DNA from: an uncultured archaeon
GTDB lineage: Archaea > Altiarchaeota > Altiarchaeia > IMC4 > SCGC-AAA252-I15
Direction of reading: 5' to 3'
Length of the DNA stretch: 64,000 nucleotides
Assembly (NCBI GenBank): GCA_902384455.1
Contig: CABMCB010000059.1
Span: forward strand, 35,938 to 99,937
Under the pieces are notes generated by a model. That model saw only the letters and a list, made by a program, of their open reading frames with translations. It ran no database searches and was not told the origin of the DNA. Position numbers and translations under genes: made by a program. Positions 1-10,073 of this stretch are shown here, in pieces (positions within the stretch are counted from its first letter, which is position 1; each line of letters starts with the position of its first letter).

Positions 1-660
1 GGCAATCTTATCGAACTTGTCGATGTTGCCAAGCTTCCATAGGTCAACGATGCTGTTGTTCACAGTCGTTGCGTTGAAGATGTCGCCAAGAACGTGCGGA
101 GACACAACGCCAGCGAATCGGCCATTGCGGTTTGGCAACACGTTCTTAGAAACAAGCTGCTGCTTCAAAGAACGGATTGTTGCAAGGTCAATCGTGAACG
201 GCGTAGATAGAAGGGCGTTCTGGTTAACCTGAGAGTCAACCGTTGCCGCGCTATCTGCAACCGCGCTGTATAGCTCAGAAATGCTCTGTCCAGCCTGGTA
301 GCCTAGTTCGGCTGCGCTGTTTCCAACCAAGTCGTCAAGGGCGGAAGCCACAACGAACGCTGAGAAGTTCGTGTAGTTGTTCCACTCACCAAGTTGTGCC
401 GGTGCAGAAATCTGCCCGACGAACTCAGGTGAGCCGACAACTCCGTCGCCTGCCTGAGCCGTGTCACCAGTTAGCGTTGAGTACTGGAAGAACTGACGGT
501 TGATACCGCTGTTGTTCGGTTGTACTCGGCGCTCTGCTGCCACGATGAATGCATCAGTTTCACCCTTCAAGTTCGGAATAAGTTCCTTATCGAATAGGAT
601 GCTCTGTGCCGTAAGAATATTTCCTACGTTTGCTACTGTTGGGTTCGGTCCACCAGCCAT
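1..660 (-). CDS. Major capsid protein, N4-gp56-like (5' part; runs off window)
   Basis: Manual translation from ATG at 660: MAGGPNPTVANVGNILTAQSILFDKELIPNLKGETDAF...QLGEWNNYTNFS...ELGYQAGQSISEL...FAGVVSPHVLGDI; lies downstream of terminase-portal-scaffold; GAGG RBS upstream. Confidence 0.8.
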   Translation of the reverse strand, partial: MAGGPNPTVANVGNILTAQSILFDKELIPNLKGETDAFIVAAERRVQPNNSGINRQFFQYSTLTGDTAQAGDGVVGSPEFVGQISAPAQLGEWNNYTNFSAFVVASALDDLVGNSAAELGYQAGQSISELYSAVADSAATVDSQVNQNALLSTPFTIDLATIRSLKQQLVSKNVLPNRNGRFAGVVSPHVLGDIFNATTVNNSIVDLWKLGNIDKFDKIA

Positions 661-708
661 GGTGTGCCTCTGTGTGCACTGAAAGTCAGCTTATAGCGCT
701 GCTTTAGC

Positions 709-1890
709 TTACCGTCCGCGTCGTAGGTTGGCTTCGGTGGTTACGCGAACAATTTCATCGCGTAGCGGAGAACGCATTTTCTCTCGCATCGTTTTGCCAT
801 CCCATGACAGGATTTCTTCTATCGTCAAGCCTTTTTTCGTTGGTGCCGGACGTGAAGCAGATGATGCTCCAGGTACGAGACCGCCGTTGACTCCCGGTCG
901 TGGCTGCGCCGGAGCCGGATTTGCCGGTGGCGCTGCTGGTGCCGTCACAGTCGGAGCCGGTTGCACAACCGGTGCCGCTGCAATCGTTGCTACTGGTGCC
1001 GGTGCCGGAGCCGGATTAGCCGGGGGCGTCGTTACCACTGGCGCTGCAACTGGAGCCAGTTCGTGTTCCAAAGCGTGTAAAGCAATTTCCAAGTTGTCTG
1101 TCGTCCACGCCAGTTGATTGTCCTGGATGTACTGTGCCATCAAAAGCACGTTCGCTTGGCAATTGTTAAAGTCGTGTTGGTGAGCACCAAGAAAATCTTG
1201 GCTCACCTTGTTCTGCCGGTCATACTCTTTCTGCTCGGCATTCTTCGCTTCATACTCAGCGCGGACCTTGGCTTCTTTCGCCGCGTCCATCTTCTTATAT
1301 GCTGCGAGCGCTACGTTCGGGTCATCAGACTTCAGGTCCTTGACCAAAGCTAGCAGTTCGGCGTCAGAGACTTGTCCGGGGACGGGAGCGGGAGCAACGT
1401 TCACTTCTTTCACGCTCTGAACCTTCTGAGCCTTCAGACGGTGGAATGCACGAGTCGCCTGAATGTGCGCTTCCTTCATCTTGTCAATGATTTCTTCTTG
1501 AGAATACGCCTCAAGGTGCGTCGGTCGGCCAATCGGGTTACCTTTTTCATCGGTAGCCTGATACTCGACCACAATCTTTTTCTTGGCGCGTTCTGCTGCG
1601 GCTGCTTCTGCCGAAGCACGTAGCGTTTCCGCTGCTACAGCTTCTGCGGCCAGCCGGTCAGCCTCGGCCTTGGCAGCTAGTTCTTCCGCTGTCGGCTCGA
1701 TGACTGGCTCAACCACTGGTTCTTCCGCCGTCTTTTCCTGTTCAACGGCCAACGCTTGAACTTCTGCGAACGGGCGTGACAGAATGGCCTTGCTGATAGC
1801 TTCCCGGTTTTCGGGAACTGCCATCTGGCGCTTCATTTCCGCGCCGGTCCAGGACTTGATTACATCCCAGGTGATTTCTGCTGCGTTCAT
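709..1890 (-). CDS. Putative capsid scaffolding protein
   Basis: 393 aa, Ala/Glu-rich helical with Pro/Ala-rich linker; between portal and capsid genes. Confidence 0.6.
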   Translation of the reverse strand: MNAAEITWDVIKSWTGAEMKRQMAVPENREAISKAILSRPFAEVQALAVEQEKTAEEPVVEPVIEPTAEELAAKAEADRLAAEAVAAETLRASAEAAAAERAKKKIVVEYQATDEKGNPIGRPTHLEAYSQEEIIDKMKEAHIQATRAFHRLKAQKVQSVKEVNVAPAPVPGQVSDAELLALVKDLKSDDPNVALAAYKKMDAAKEAKVRAEYEAKNAEQKEYDRQNKVSQDFLGAHQHDFNNCQANVLLMAQYIQDNQLAWTTDNLEIALHALEHELAPVAAPVVTTPPANPAPAPAPVATIAAAPVVQPAPTVTAPAAPPANPAPAQPRPGVNGGLVPGASSASRPAPTKKGLTIEEILSWDGKTMREKMRSPLRDEIVRVTTEANLRRGR

Positions 1891-2249
1891 GACTTATTCC
1901 TTTGCACCGTACTCGTGTCGTACAGCGGCTTGATAATTGGATTGACTTTCGGCTTCTCTTCTTTTGCTTCCTCTTCAACCGCTGCCAGCGCTTTCGCGTG
2001 GTAAGCGACTGACATCAGAATCAAGAGAGAAAATTCGTTACGCTCTCGCGAGCGAAGTTGCAGGGCCTTGACCTTCTGGTCGTAGCCCTGCTCTGTGGGG
2101 TCGGCTGCAAGCAGGTCCTTTGTTGCTTGGCTGCATGCTGCCATGTGAAGTTCTTCCACTACGAGCCAACCCGGCATCGCCATCATTGCTGTTAGCGCAG
2201 CCTGCTTCTGTGGAGTTAGTTCATTGTGTAGTAGTGGTTTTGCCTTCAT
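1887..2249 (-). CDS. Hypothetical head-module protein
   Basis: 120 aa ORF, AGGA RBS, 4-nt overlap with next gene. Confidence 0.65.
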   Translation of the reverse strand: MKAKPLLHNELTPQKQAALTAMMAMPGWLVVEELHMAACSQATKDLLAADPTEQGYDQKVKALQLRSRERNEFSLLILMSVAYHAKALAAVEEEAKEEKPKVNPIIKPLYDTSTVQRNKS

Positions 2250-2261
2250 ATTGTTCCTTTC

Positions 2262-4367
2262 TTACGCGGACGTTTGCGAACCGAATCCTTGTTTGGTCGG
2301 TTCGCCCATTTCGCCTGCCAGACTGTGCTCGGTAGCCTGTCGGAGAACTTCCGCTCCGGCCTTGCCAAGCTGCTTCTGGTCTTCTAGTTCTTTGTCCTGC
2401 TGGAACTTCTGCGTCTGCGCTTGCTGCTGAGCCTGTATCTGCTGAGCCTGCAATGCCGCCGGAGAGTTCTGTTCGTAGCGCTGCGCTTCCTGGTCCGTCA
2501 TAGGACGTAGGAAGTCTTGGCTGAACTTCCAGCCTGCGGCGTCCGTAAACGCCTTGAAGATTGCAACCGCGTCGAACTGATAGTGACCGTCGTTCACATT
2601 CTTGACGAAGGTCGGGTTGTTCAAAAGCTGAATGATAATCGGCAACGCTTGCGCCATTTCTTTCTTTGCGCCAAGCTTTGCGCCTGCAAGGACTTCATAC
2701 TCGTATTTCGCGTTGCGAAACTCGATATGGTCGCCCATGTAGGCAGAGCCAAGTTCTTCACCAAGGATGCGGCGAAGGACTGACGTCGGCAACAGTTCGT
2801 TGTTCAACTGGTCCATCTGGTACAGCCACGGTTCGAAGACCTGTCGAACTAGTCTTCCACTCGGGCCGTCGAGTCTCGATGCGTTAGCCTGGACAACAGC
2901 CGCCGCTCCGGTACCTGAACGCATACCGGTAGTCTTAACGCCTGCTGACCCTGCGCCCATCATGACTTGCTCGTTTGCGCCGGATGTCTGTTGTGCCGCC
3001 GCCTGAGCCTGTTGAATGAACTGCCATGCTTCACCAGGGACTGGGGGCATCGTCAAGAACTTGAATGCCTTGTCCACGTCATCATCAACGTCGATGATGC
3101 CGCCCTGCTTCCAACGCGTCATCTGCGTCGGAACGTTGAAGCCCTTCTTTCTAACGGCTGTAGGCTGTAGCCCGTATGCAAGTAGGTCAAGTGCGAGGTT
3201 CGTTACCCCTTGCTCAACGACTTGCTCTGCTCCAATAAGTTGGCCTAGGCCCTGGCCGTAAAAGCTGTCGGGGATGTTTCTCCAGTTTGCACTGAAGAAC
3301 GGCAACTTACCGTACGGGTTCTCTTCGTTACGAATTAGAATGTTTCTGCCGCCGAATGACAGCACGACAATAACCTTGTCGCGGTCCCAACGCTCAAGAA
3401 GTTCCATCGGGTTCTGCAAATGGTCTGCAGTAGAGCGATAGTTTCTCGGCAAAGCCTGTTGTAGGTAGCCGCGCATTCCTTCCGGAATGGTCATCGTCAA
3501 GTTGTCTGGTCCTGACATTTCATTTGCCAGGAAGATTCGCTTCAGTTCATCTTCGTCCGGAATGTTGTAGCCCGGAACTTCGCGTAGCGCGTTCAAATCA
3601 TCGAACGTCACGTAATCACGATAGATGACCCACTTTGCACGGCGAATATCGCCCATGCGGCAACCTGGGTCAACTAGAACTGCGCGAACATCGCAGAACT
3701 TAATCCACGGACGTGAAATCTTGACGCTGTCCACGTATATTTCATACCCGTCAGAGTCAGGAGTGTCAATCGGGTCCGTAGGCATTACGCTGTTAAGAGC
3801 AGCTTGCGCTCGCTCTCGACGGTAACGCTTAATCTTTTCTTCGTGCTCTAGGTATCCCCACTTCCAAACGCCGGTACCCAGTAGGGCCATCTGTTCCAGG
3901 CCGTACGAGATTTCGGTTTCGAAGTGCATGTCCCAAAGCTGTGCTGAAAACAATGCCGTCTTCGCTCGGGTGACTTCTTGCTTCGTGCCCGGACGCGGAC
4001 GTAGAAGGAACGGAGGGTCCTCGTAGAATAGACCCTCCAGAATCTTCGGTACGATGGAGCTAATGTGGTTCGATACGGTGAACTTCGGCACCTGGGCCAT
4101 GAACACGCCGTCGAACGCTGACGCCGACTGCGGACTCTGGTAGATAACCTGAGCCTGCGTCCACTGCGCTGCCCACTGATTGATGTTCATGTAGTTGTCG
4201 GCCAGCGATGCGTCGTCAATTACAAGCTTCAGTGCTGCACCATCGGAATAAAGGTACGTTCCCGTCTCTTTATCCTTCTTCAAATCCGCAGAGGTAATTT
4301 CTGCGACTGGCTTTACTTCTAGTTCTGCCAGTGCGTCTGCCGCTGCCTGATTTAGTGGTTCGCTCAT
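2262..4367 (-). CDS. Portal protein
   Basis: 701 aa directly after terminase; ALLGTGVWKWG, NPYGKLPF, FYGQGLG motifs and Gln-rich C-terminus typical of podovirus-type portals. Confidence 0.8.
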   Translation of the reverse strand: MSEPLNQAAADALAELEVKPVAEITSADLKKDKETGTYLYSDGAALKLVIDDASLADNYMNINQWAAQWTQAQVIYQSPQSASAFDGVFMAQVPKFTVSNHISSIVPKILEGLFYEDPPFLLRPRPGTKQEVTRAKTALFSAQLWDMHFETEISYGLEQMALLGTGVWKWGYLEHEEKIKRYRRERAQAALNSVMPTDPIDTPDSDGYEIYVDSVKISRPWIKFCDVRAVLVDPGCRMGDIRRAKWVIYRDYVTFDDLNALREVPGYNIPDEDELKRIFLANEMSGPDNLTMTIPEGMRGYLQQALPRNYRSTADHLQNPMELLERWDRDKVIVVLSFGGRNILIRNEENPYGKLPFFSANWRNIPDSFYGQGLGQLIGAEQVVEQGVTNLALDLLAYGLQPTAVRKKGFNVPTQMTRWKQGGIIDVDDDVDKAFKFLTMPPVPGEAWQFIQQAQAAAQQTSGANEQVMMGAGSAGVKTTGMRSGTGAAAVVQANASRLDGPSGRLVRQVFEPWLYQMDQLNNELLPTSVLRRILGEELGSAYMGDHIEFRNAKYEYEVLAGAKLGAKKEMAQALPIIIQLLNNPTFVKNVNDGHYQFDAVAIFKAFTDAAGWKFSQDFLRPMTDQEAQRYEQNSPAALQAQQIQAQQQAQTQKFQQDKELEDQKQLGKAGAEVLRQATEHSLAGEMGEPTKQGFGSQTSA

Positions 4368-6649
4368 GCTCTCAGTCCATTACCTCGAAAGAATTTATTT
4401 GCCACTTCACCCATCGGGCTACGCGACTCCTCTCGTGGCTCACTATACGACGGCCACTGCGACGGTTGAGTCGAGTATCCGCCGGTATCGGCTCCGAATA
4501 TGACGCGGTTCATCTCGCGACGTAGCTGTTCCCGGTACTGGGCTTCCTTCTGCGCTGTCTGCTGGTCGAGTTCCTTTTGGGATAGTCGAACCATAGACGG
4601 GATGCGCTTTGCCAGCATCGACAACACGTCCGGAACGTCGTCCTTGAAGTAACGAGTACTCTTCTGGCCCTTGTACTTCTCTAGCTCGCTGAACACTTCT
4701 TCGTTCCAGCTTGCTATCATGAAGTACAAACGTGCTGCACGAAGCAGCAGTTCGACGCCCTTGATGCGATTTTTCTTCGCGCTCTCGGAGTTGTCAGGCG
4801 TTGACCATACAATGTACGGCCAGTGCCCGTATTTGAGTTTCGAAACGTCTATCAATCGTTCTTTGAACGTCAATAGTCCGCCAGTGTCTTCGCCGGACCA
4901 GGACTTCGGTCGCCACTTGTTGTTCATTTCTGTGATTCGGTTGATGGTCTCGTTCTGTGACCACTTCCCGAACTGAACGTCAAGGATGACCATCACCCAC
5001 TTCGCATCCGGTCGCTCCGGAAGGATGCCGTTCTCATCCGGCTGGATGAGAGTCGAACCCTCTTGATAGACCTTGCCTATCGCGAGAGCGGTGTAGTCTG
5101 AAAACTGTTTGTTTTCCTTCGCCATGTCGATAGCGCCGTATACATATCCCGGTGCTGCCAACACTTCGGCCAAGGTCTTGTCTCGACGCTGCTCCAAGAG
5201 TAGTCGGTCAAGACTAATTGAGTTCGCATCGCCCCAAACAGGTTGGTTAAGCTGCTGACATCTGAAACTTTTTTCGTTCTTGCGCAAATCCTTTCGAAGA
5301 CTCTTGAAAGGTTTGTGCTCGGGAAAGGTCAACGTGACCATTTCCTCGGTTAGGTCAAAGAGACTTCTCTCTTCGACGTCCTTGAACTCTTCCTTGACGT
5401 ACCATGCGGCACGCGTGAAGAACTTCAGGTTGTAATCTTCTTCGCTTTCCTTGTTCTGGTCGAGAGAGATTCCGTAGTAGTCGTCCGGAAAGTATCTCGT
5501 GCCAATCATGTCGTGCCAGCCCCAAGGCATCAAAAGGTTGACAGCGCCGTCAGCCTTATCCTTCAAGGCTTGGCGCGTCTCGTCAGTCAGACAGTTATCG
5601 TCTGTGACGATGTCGTCAAACTTCAACACATCGCAGTGGAAACCAGACAGTGACGAACCAATGGACATGATGCCCATCGTCGGGTCCGGTGATTCCAGCT
5701 TGCGGCCTGGGTAGATGTACGGCTCTTTGGAGTCGCCGTCCGCGCTGCGGTCAACGTACTCAGGAAAGAGCAGGTGAAACTTCGTCGGTCGCTGTCCCGG
5801 CGGCAAAAAGAACTTGCCCTTGAACAGTGACAGGAACTGAAGCGTAAGCTTGTACGTTCCTGACATCATCAGGATGCGTACGTCGGGACATGAGATGACC
5901 CACTGCACCGTGTCAAGAATGTCCGTGAAGGTCTTGAAGAACCCGCGAGGGTCCAGAAGAATCATCGTACGTGCTTGGTTGGTGTACTTCTCTGCTTCAA
6001 TCGGGTCCTGAATCCAGGAACCCATGTCGTGAATCTCTGTAGCCGCTGTCGGCAGTGATTCGCCCGGTGTGTACTCTTCTTTCTGAACCCACACGCGGGG
6101 AACTCGGTTCTGCTTGTTGAACGCGGCCTTGACTTCCTTCGTCGTGTATCCTTCTTCGAACACGCCGTCGAAATCTTTCTGCACGAACTGATTCGTGGTC
6201 ACGCGGTGAACGTGCTCGAAGTAGTCCATGTCGAATACTTCTTTGCCGAACCAGAACAGGTCCTTACGGGCCTGGTCGCGTGCGTAAAGCCACTGGTCAA
6301 ACTCAAGATACCCGTTCGCGCCTTCGTGATGCTTCGAACGGAAGTAGAATCGACCTGGTAGCTCGAACGCTCTGCACGGAATGACCGTGTAACCCTTCTT
6401 CGGGTTCTTCGCGGCTTCCTTTCTCGCGTTAATCTTGCCGGTGGAGATTTCAACCTCGGTGGACGTCTCGCGGACGTAGCCTAGGTAGAGATTCCACAAT
6501 TCGGTCAGCGACATAGACTCGCCACGGAATCTCTTGCCGTTGGCGTTTTCATCCCAGGCTTCTACGAAGTCAGGCCAGAACTCAATCTGAGTCTTAATCC
6601 TGTCCGCTAGAAAATTGAGAATGTCTTTGTCTCTTCCGATTGCTGGCAT
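4364..6649 (-). CDS. Terminase large subunit
   Basis: Walker A-like PRGFFKT, Walker B GFHCDVLKFDD, motif C IGTRY, nuclease acidic residues (AIDMA, SDYTA, DDVPD). Confidence 0.88.
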   Translation of the reverse strand: MPAIGRDKDILNFLADRIKTQIEFWPDFVEAWDENANGKRFRGESMSLTELWNLYLGYVRETSTEVEISTGKINARKEAAKNPKKGYTVIPCRAFELPGRFYFRSKHHEGANGYLEFDQWLYARDQARKDLFWFGKEVFDMDYFEHVHRVTTNQFVQKDFDGVFEEGYTTKEVKAAFNKQNRVPRVWVQKEEYTPGESLPTAATEIHDMGSWIQDPIEAEKYTNQARTMILLDPRGFFKTFTDILDTVQWVISCPDVRILMMSGTYKLTLQFLSLFKGKFFLPPGQRPTKFHLLFPEYVDRSADGDSKEPYIYPGRKLESPDPTMGIMSIGSSLSGFHCDVLKFDDIVTDDNCLTDETRQALKDKADGAVNLLMPWGWHDMIGTRYFPDDYYGISLDQNKESEEDYNLKFFTRAAWYVKEEFKDVEERSLFDLTEEMVTLTFPEHKPFKSLRKDLRKNEKSFRCQQLNQPVWGDANSISLDRLLLEQRRDKTLAEVLAAPGYVYGAIDMAKENKQFSDYTALAIGKVYQEGSTLIQPDENGILPERPDAKWVMVILDVQFGKWSQNETINRITEMNNKWRPKSWSGEDTGGLLTFKERLIDVSKLKYGHWPYIVWSTPDNSESAKKNRIKGVELLLRAARLYFMIASWNEEVFSELEKYKGQKSTRYFKDDVPDVLSMLAKRIPSMVRLSQKELDQQTAQKEAQYREQLRREMNRVIFGADTGGYSTQPSQWPSYSEPREESRSPMGEVANKFFRGNGLRA

Positions 6650-6658
6650 TGGGCCTCT

Positions 6659-6904
6659 TTATGGGTTCGCTTTCACGTATTCAGCGATGTTGTCGGCCTT
6701 GGCTTTCAGTCCTGCGGCTTCAGATGCGCCGCCGTCGAATGCGCTCGGCTTGCTCGGTTCTTTTCTTGCTGCTCGTGCTACCGCGTGCGATGCGTTCGAA
6801 TACTCGTGATGCATCGGTCCGCCAGCACTGGCTTGAAACTTGTTCGCGTTGTCTAGAGTCTTATGCGCCGACGCTAGAGCGTTTGAAATGAAACTTCCCA
6901 TCAC
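6659..6904 (-). CDS. Small hypothetical protein
   Basis: 81 aa in tight operon. Confidence 0.55.
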   Translation of the reverse strand: MMGSFISNALASAHKTLDNANKFQASAGGPMHHEYSNASHAVARAARKEPSKPSAFDGGASEAAGLKAKADNIAEYVKANP

Positions 6905-7200
6905 TCCCCCCTAGGGACTGGACCGCTCGGGACATCCTTCGTGTCCTTTGAATCATCTTTCTTATCGAACATCTTCGATGCCCGGTTCACCGCGTAAGGC
7001 GCTGTCGCGAATGCACCCAATCCGGCAGAGGTTCCGCCGTCCGGCCATCCGTGCGTCTTGATTGCGATGTAAACCAACACGAAGCTGGCAACGACGCTGT
7101 GAACGAGGGCGAGCAGCCGAGATGAACTCGGCTCGCCGTTGTCAGAGAACGCCTTGCGTAGATGCTCCGCAATTTTGGCTGAGATGTTCTTTAGGTCCAT
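6901..7200 (-). CDS. Small two-TM membrane protein (holin-like)
   Basis: 99 aa; SDNGEPSSSRLL followed by two hydrophobic segments and charged C-terminus. Confidence 0.5.
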   Translation of the reverse strand: MDLKNISAKIAEHLRKAFSDNGEPSSSRLLALVHSVVASFVLVYIAIKTHGWPDGGTSAGLGAFATAPYAVNRASKMFDKKDDSKDTKDVPSGPVPRGE

Positions 7201-7394
7201 TACTTCTTCTTGAAGCCCTTCATCGTGTGCGCCATGTTAGCCATGTGCGCTACGTGCTCGTTGGGGCTGTTCATTGCTGACTCTAGTCTATCCTGAGGAA
7301 TGTTTTCCTTCATCGGGATGTGTAGAGCTTCGTGCAGTCCGCCCTTGCGCAAATGGCGCATAGCGCGGTACATGCTGGTGTGTTGCTTTTCCAT
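7200..7394 (-). CDS. Small His/Met-rich hypothetical protein
   Basis: 64 aa, KGGLHEALHIP. Confidence 0.55.
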   Translation of the reverse strand: MEKQHTSMYRAMRHLRKGGLHEALHIPMKENIPQDRLESAMNSPNEHVAHMANMAHTMKGFKKK

Positions 7395-7395
7395 G

Positions 7396-7665
7396 TTAGG
7401 CTCCCGGCATTGCTGCAGGAGCAGCCGCTGCTGGCGCTGCTGCTGGTGCGGCTGCGGCCATCGGCTGGTTGTGTTCGTCCATGCCCTCGCCCGGGTTAGC
7501 TGAACCTAGGTGGTCCTGCATGCCGTCGTGAACGTGGTCGAGACTCTGCACAGCGTACTTCTTGTGGCTCTTGCCATCTTCGTGCTCGTGGTGCATGGTG
7601 TGGCTACCATCGGCGTGATGCTCGATGTGCGTGTGCTTGTAGCCGTGTCCTGCGTGCTTCTTCAT
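7396..7665 (-). CDS. His-rich hypothetical protein
   Basis: 89 aa, HTHIEHHADGSHTMHHEH; GAGG RBS. Confidence 0.65.
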   Translation of the reverse strand: MKKHAGHGYKHTHIEHHADGSHTMHHEHEDGKSHKKYAVQSLDHVHDGMQDHLGSANPGEGMDEHNQPMAAAAPAAAPAAAAPAAMPGA

Positions 7666-7674
7666 GATAGCCTC

Positions 7675-8283
7675 TTAACTCACAACATCCGAATCTTTCG
7701 TCTCTTCCTTGAAGAGTGGTTCAGCCGTGTATCCGGTGTTCGTTTCGTAAACGCCGACTACGCCGCCTGGTTTTACCTTGACGTGCTCATGGTCGTGATG
7801 ATACAGAGCGCCCAGTTGGTGAATGATGGAACTGTGCACGAACGCGATTGCGGGAACGCCTGATTCTTTCCCGCGCTTCACGACCGCTTCGATTTCAGGG
7901 TTCACTCGGTCCTGAAAGTCCTTGATGCGCTCGCCGCCGGGAATCTTAGCGTCCGTATTCCTCTGATAGTAACGGATGGCATCGAGATTACTTTCCGTCT
8001 TCAGTTGACCGGCATACTCACCGACGTTCAAAGCGTCCAGGTTCTTCCGCTCCGTGTGACCGATGTCTCGGCCTCTCAGAACGATGTCCGCCATCTGCTT
8101 CGTGCGCTTCTTGCTGCTCGTGAATGCTGATGACAGGCCGCGAGTCCGAATCAAGTCTCGAACTTCTTCGCCCTGCTTCTTTCCGTTCTCATCCAGGTCC
8201 ACGTCTAGAGGACCACGGAACTTTCCGGAATCATTCAGAGTCGTTGAGCCGTGTCGAACGAATAACGCAACCAATCGGTGCAT
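7675..8283 (-). CDS. Histidine phosphatase (phosphoglycerate mutase-like) family protein
   Basis: FVRHGST catalytic motif, G..DVDL, PGGE, FVHS; start reassigned to ATG 8283 (GAGG RBS). Confidence 0.85.
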   Translation of the reverse strand: MHRLVALFVRHGSTTLNDSGKFRGPLDVDLDENGKKQGEEVRDLIRTRGLSSAFTSSKKRTKQMADIVLRGRDIGHTERKNLDALNVGEYAGQLKTESNLDAIRYYQRNTDAKIPGGERIKDFQDRVNPEIEAVVKRGKESGVPAIAFVHSSIIHQLGALYHHDHEHVKVKPGGVVGVYETNTGYTAEPLFKEETKDSDVVS

Positions 8284-8284
8284 G

Positions 8285-8614
8285 TTATTCCTCTTTTTCG
8301 CCGTCCTCATGCCCCTTCTGGTCCACGAACTCACAACATCCTTTCTCGATGTTGATAATGGGCAGAAGGCTTTTGTCCTTCTTCACTTCCTTGTCCGCGA
8401 TTACGACTGGGTGATTACATCGCCCCATGCCGCTTTCGTCCGCGACCGGCTTGCCTTCTTTGTCGCGCTTCAAGAATGTGCAATCTTCACAGTGATACGG
8501 GCCGTCTTCAGCATAGCCGGAAAGCTTGGTGCTCGGCGCAGGCCAGATTGGACCAACATCATCGAGCAATCTGCGTAGCGCGGCAATTTTCTTCAGCCAG
8601 CTTTTCTCAGCCAT
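8285..8614 (-). CDS. Cys-rich hypothetical protein
   Basis: 109 aa; CEDC, CNHP, GCC. Confidence 0.6.
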   Translation of the reverse strand: MAEKSWLKKIAALRRLLDDVGPIWPAPSTKLSGYAEDGPYHCEDCTFLKRDKEGKPVADESGMGRCNHPVVIADKEVKKDKSLLPIINIEKGCCEFVDQKGHEDGEKEE

Positions 8615-8786
8615 CTTTTCTCATCTTTCGAACATGTTCGTACGAAGCATTTGAATGTTCGTGAACATGTTCCGGGAGGTGGTGCATTCCCTTCGTCGCA
8701 GCGTCAAACTCTTTCAAGTTCTCTTTTCCGAACTCTTCAGGATGGGCATGCGCCCAACCTTGTTGCGCTTGCGATACGAACGGCAT
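8607..8786 (-). CDS. Small His-rich protein (59 aa, not in ORF track)
   Basis: Manual translation MPFVSQAQQGWAHAHPEEFGKENLKEFDAATKGMHHLPEHVHEHSNASYEHVRKMRKDG; GGAG RBS. Confidence 0.6.
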   Translation of the reverse strand: MPFVSQAQQGWAHAHPEEFGKENLKEFDAATKGMHHLPEHVHEHSNASYEHVRKMRKDG

Positions 8787-8797
8787 GACTGCTCCGC

Positions 8798-9058
8798 TTA
8801 CAACTCTATCTTTGTCTCCGGTTCGTCATTCTTCAAGTGACTCAAGTGGTTGTTCAGAAGTGCGTCCATGCTTGTCTCCATGACAATCATGTGCTTACGC
8901 GCTTCCGGAAAGAAATCTTTCGCTTCAGAAAATACGTCAATAATTGGTTGGACCCAAGAGCGTCCCTTCCAACCCAATATCACGAGTCCCGTGAAGATAC
9001 TCAAATCCCTGATGAACGAACCGAGTTCTCCCAACGTCACAGCACTCGGATTGAACAT
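8798..9058 (-). CDS. Single-TM hypothetical protein
   Basis: 86 aa with N-terminal hydrophobic helix. Confidence 0.55.
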   Translation of the reverse strand: MFNPSAVTLGELGSFIRDLSIFTGLVILGWKGRSWVQPIIDVFSEAKDFFPEARKHMIVMETSMDALLNNHLSHLKNDEPETKIEL

Positions 9059-9182
9059 AGGTTCCCTTTAGAATATGTGTCGCGGCTATAACGCGGCGTG
9101 CCCTGGTTTTCACAGATGTCGAGAGGAGGGCTGGAATCTTTTTCTCCAGCCCTATCACATCTCGGAGGTTAATCCAGCCAGC

Positions 9183-9836
9183 TTACTCCGCTGAAATCTG
9201 GAACTGGAACAAGCTAGCAGTGTTCGTTGCATCGCTTGTGCCGAACGTTGCGCGAACTAGCAACCCAAACGGGTAGCTGTTCACTGCGGTCGGTGCGAAG
9301 TTGATACCTGCAATCGTGTTCTGTAGGATGACAGATGCTGCGGTGCCAGCCTGGTTCAAGAACGCGCCACCGACCATGCCGGTGTAGTATCCGCTCACAA
9401 GACCGGATGCTGAATCGCCGAATAGAACGGCGTCAAGCAACCAACCTTCTGCGTTCGCGAACTTCGGTGCTGCTGCGCCCAACGAAGCGATGACCACGTA
9501 GGTCGGTGCTGCTTCGGTGTTCGTGTTAGCCACGAGTTCGATGTTCACGGTACCTGACGGGTCTCCCGAGTCAGAACCGTATGTTCCTGCTGCAGTCACG
9601 TAAAACTTCTGTGCGTTCAAGCGGTTTGCGCCTGGAACACGAAGCTGACCAACTGCGCTTGTTGCTGACGGAACCGCGCCCTGTTGTAGGGAATCTGCTG
9701 CCGCGTTCACGCCTGAGTTCGACGATGCCCAACCCGGACGGCCAGGAAGGTCGGAGAAGTACTTCGCTCCGGTTCCGGTTCCGCCGACGGTTGATGGTGC
9801 CGCGCCGTTTACTAGATATTCTGCAATTACACCCAT
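9183..9836 (-). CDS. Putative virion structural protein
   Basis: 217 aa Gly/Ala/Thr/Ser-rich, strong AAGGAG RBS. Confidence 0.55.
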   Translation of the reverse strand: MGVIAEYLVNGAAPSTVGGTGTGAKYFSDLPGRPGWASSNSGVNAAADSLQQGAVPSATSAVGQLRVPGANRLNAQKFYVTAAGTYGSDSGDPSGTVNIELVANTNTEAAPTYVVIASLGAAAPKFANAEGWLLDAVLFGDSASGLVSGYYTGMVGGAFLNQAGTAASVILQNTIAGINFAPTAVNSYPFGLLVRATFGTSDATNTASLFQFQISAE

Positions 9837-10073
9837 TTTGTTTCTCCTTTATGTACGAGATACATACGCTGCCGGTTCAAGCCCGGTATACGTGCCTGCT
9901 CCCGCTTTAATAGATTACGTTTGAGCGCAATCTAAACTTGTTAGGTCCTGCTGTTCTGCGGAGCCTGACCTGTGTCTGTGCCATCTTGAATCACCTTATC
10001 CTAATGGAATCTCAGTCCACAGTAGTGGCGGGGTTTCTGCCTTACGTTTATTAAGAAGTTCTATTGTCATCTT

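Noticed and set aside
9907-9984. Possible 25-aa basic peptide MAQTQVRLRRTAGPNKFRLRSNVIY (minus strand)
   Set aside because: Plausible AAGGTG RBS but too short to support without homology or expression data.
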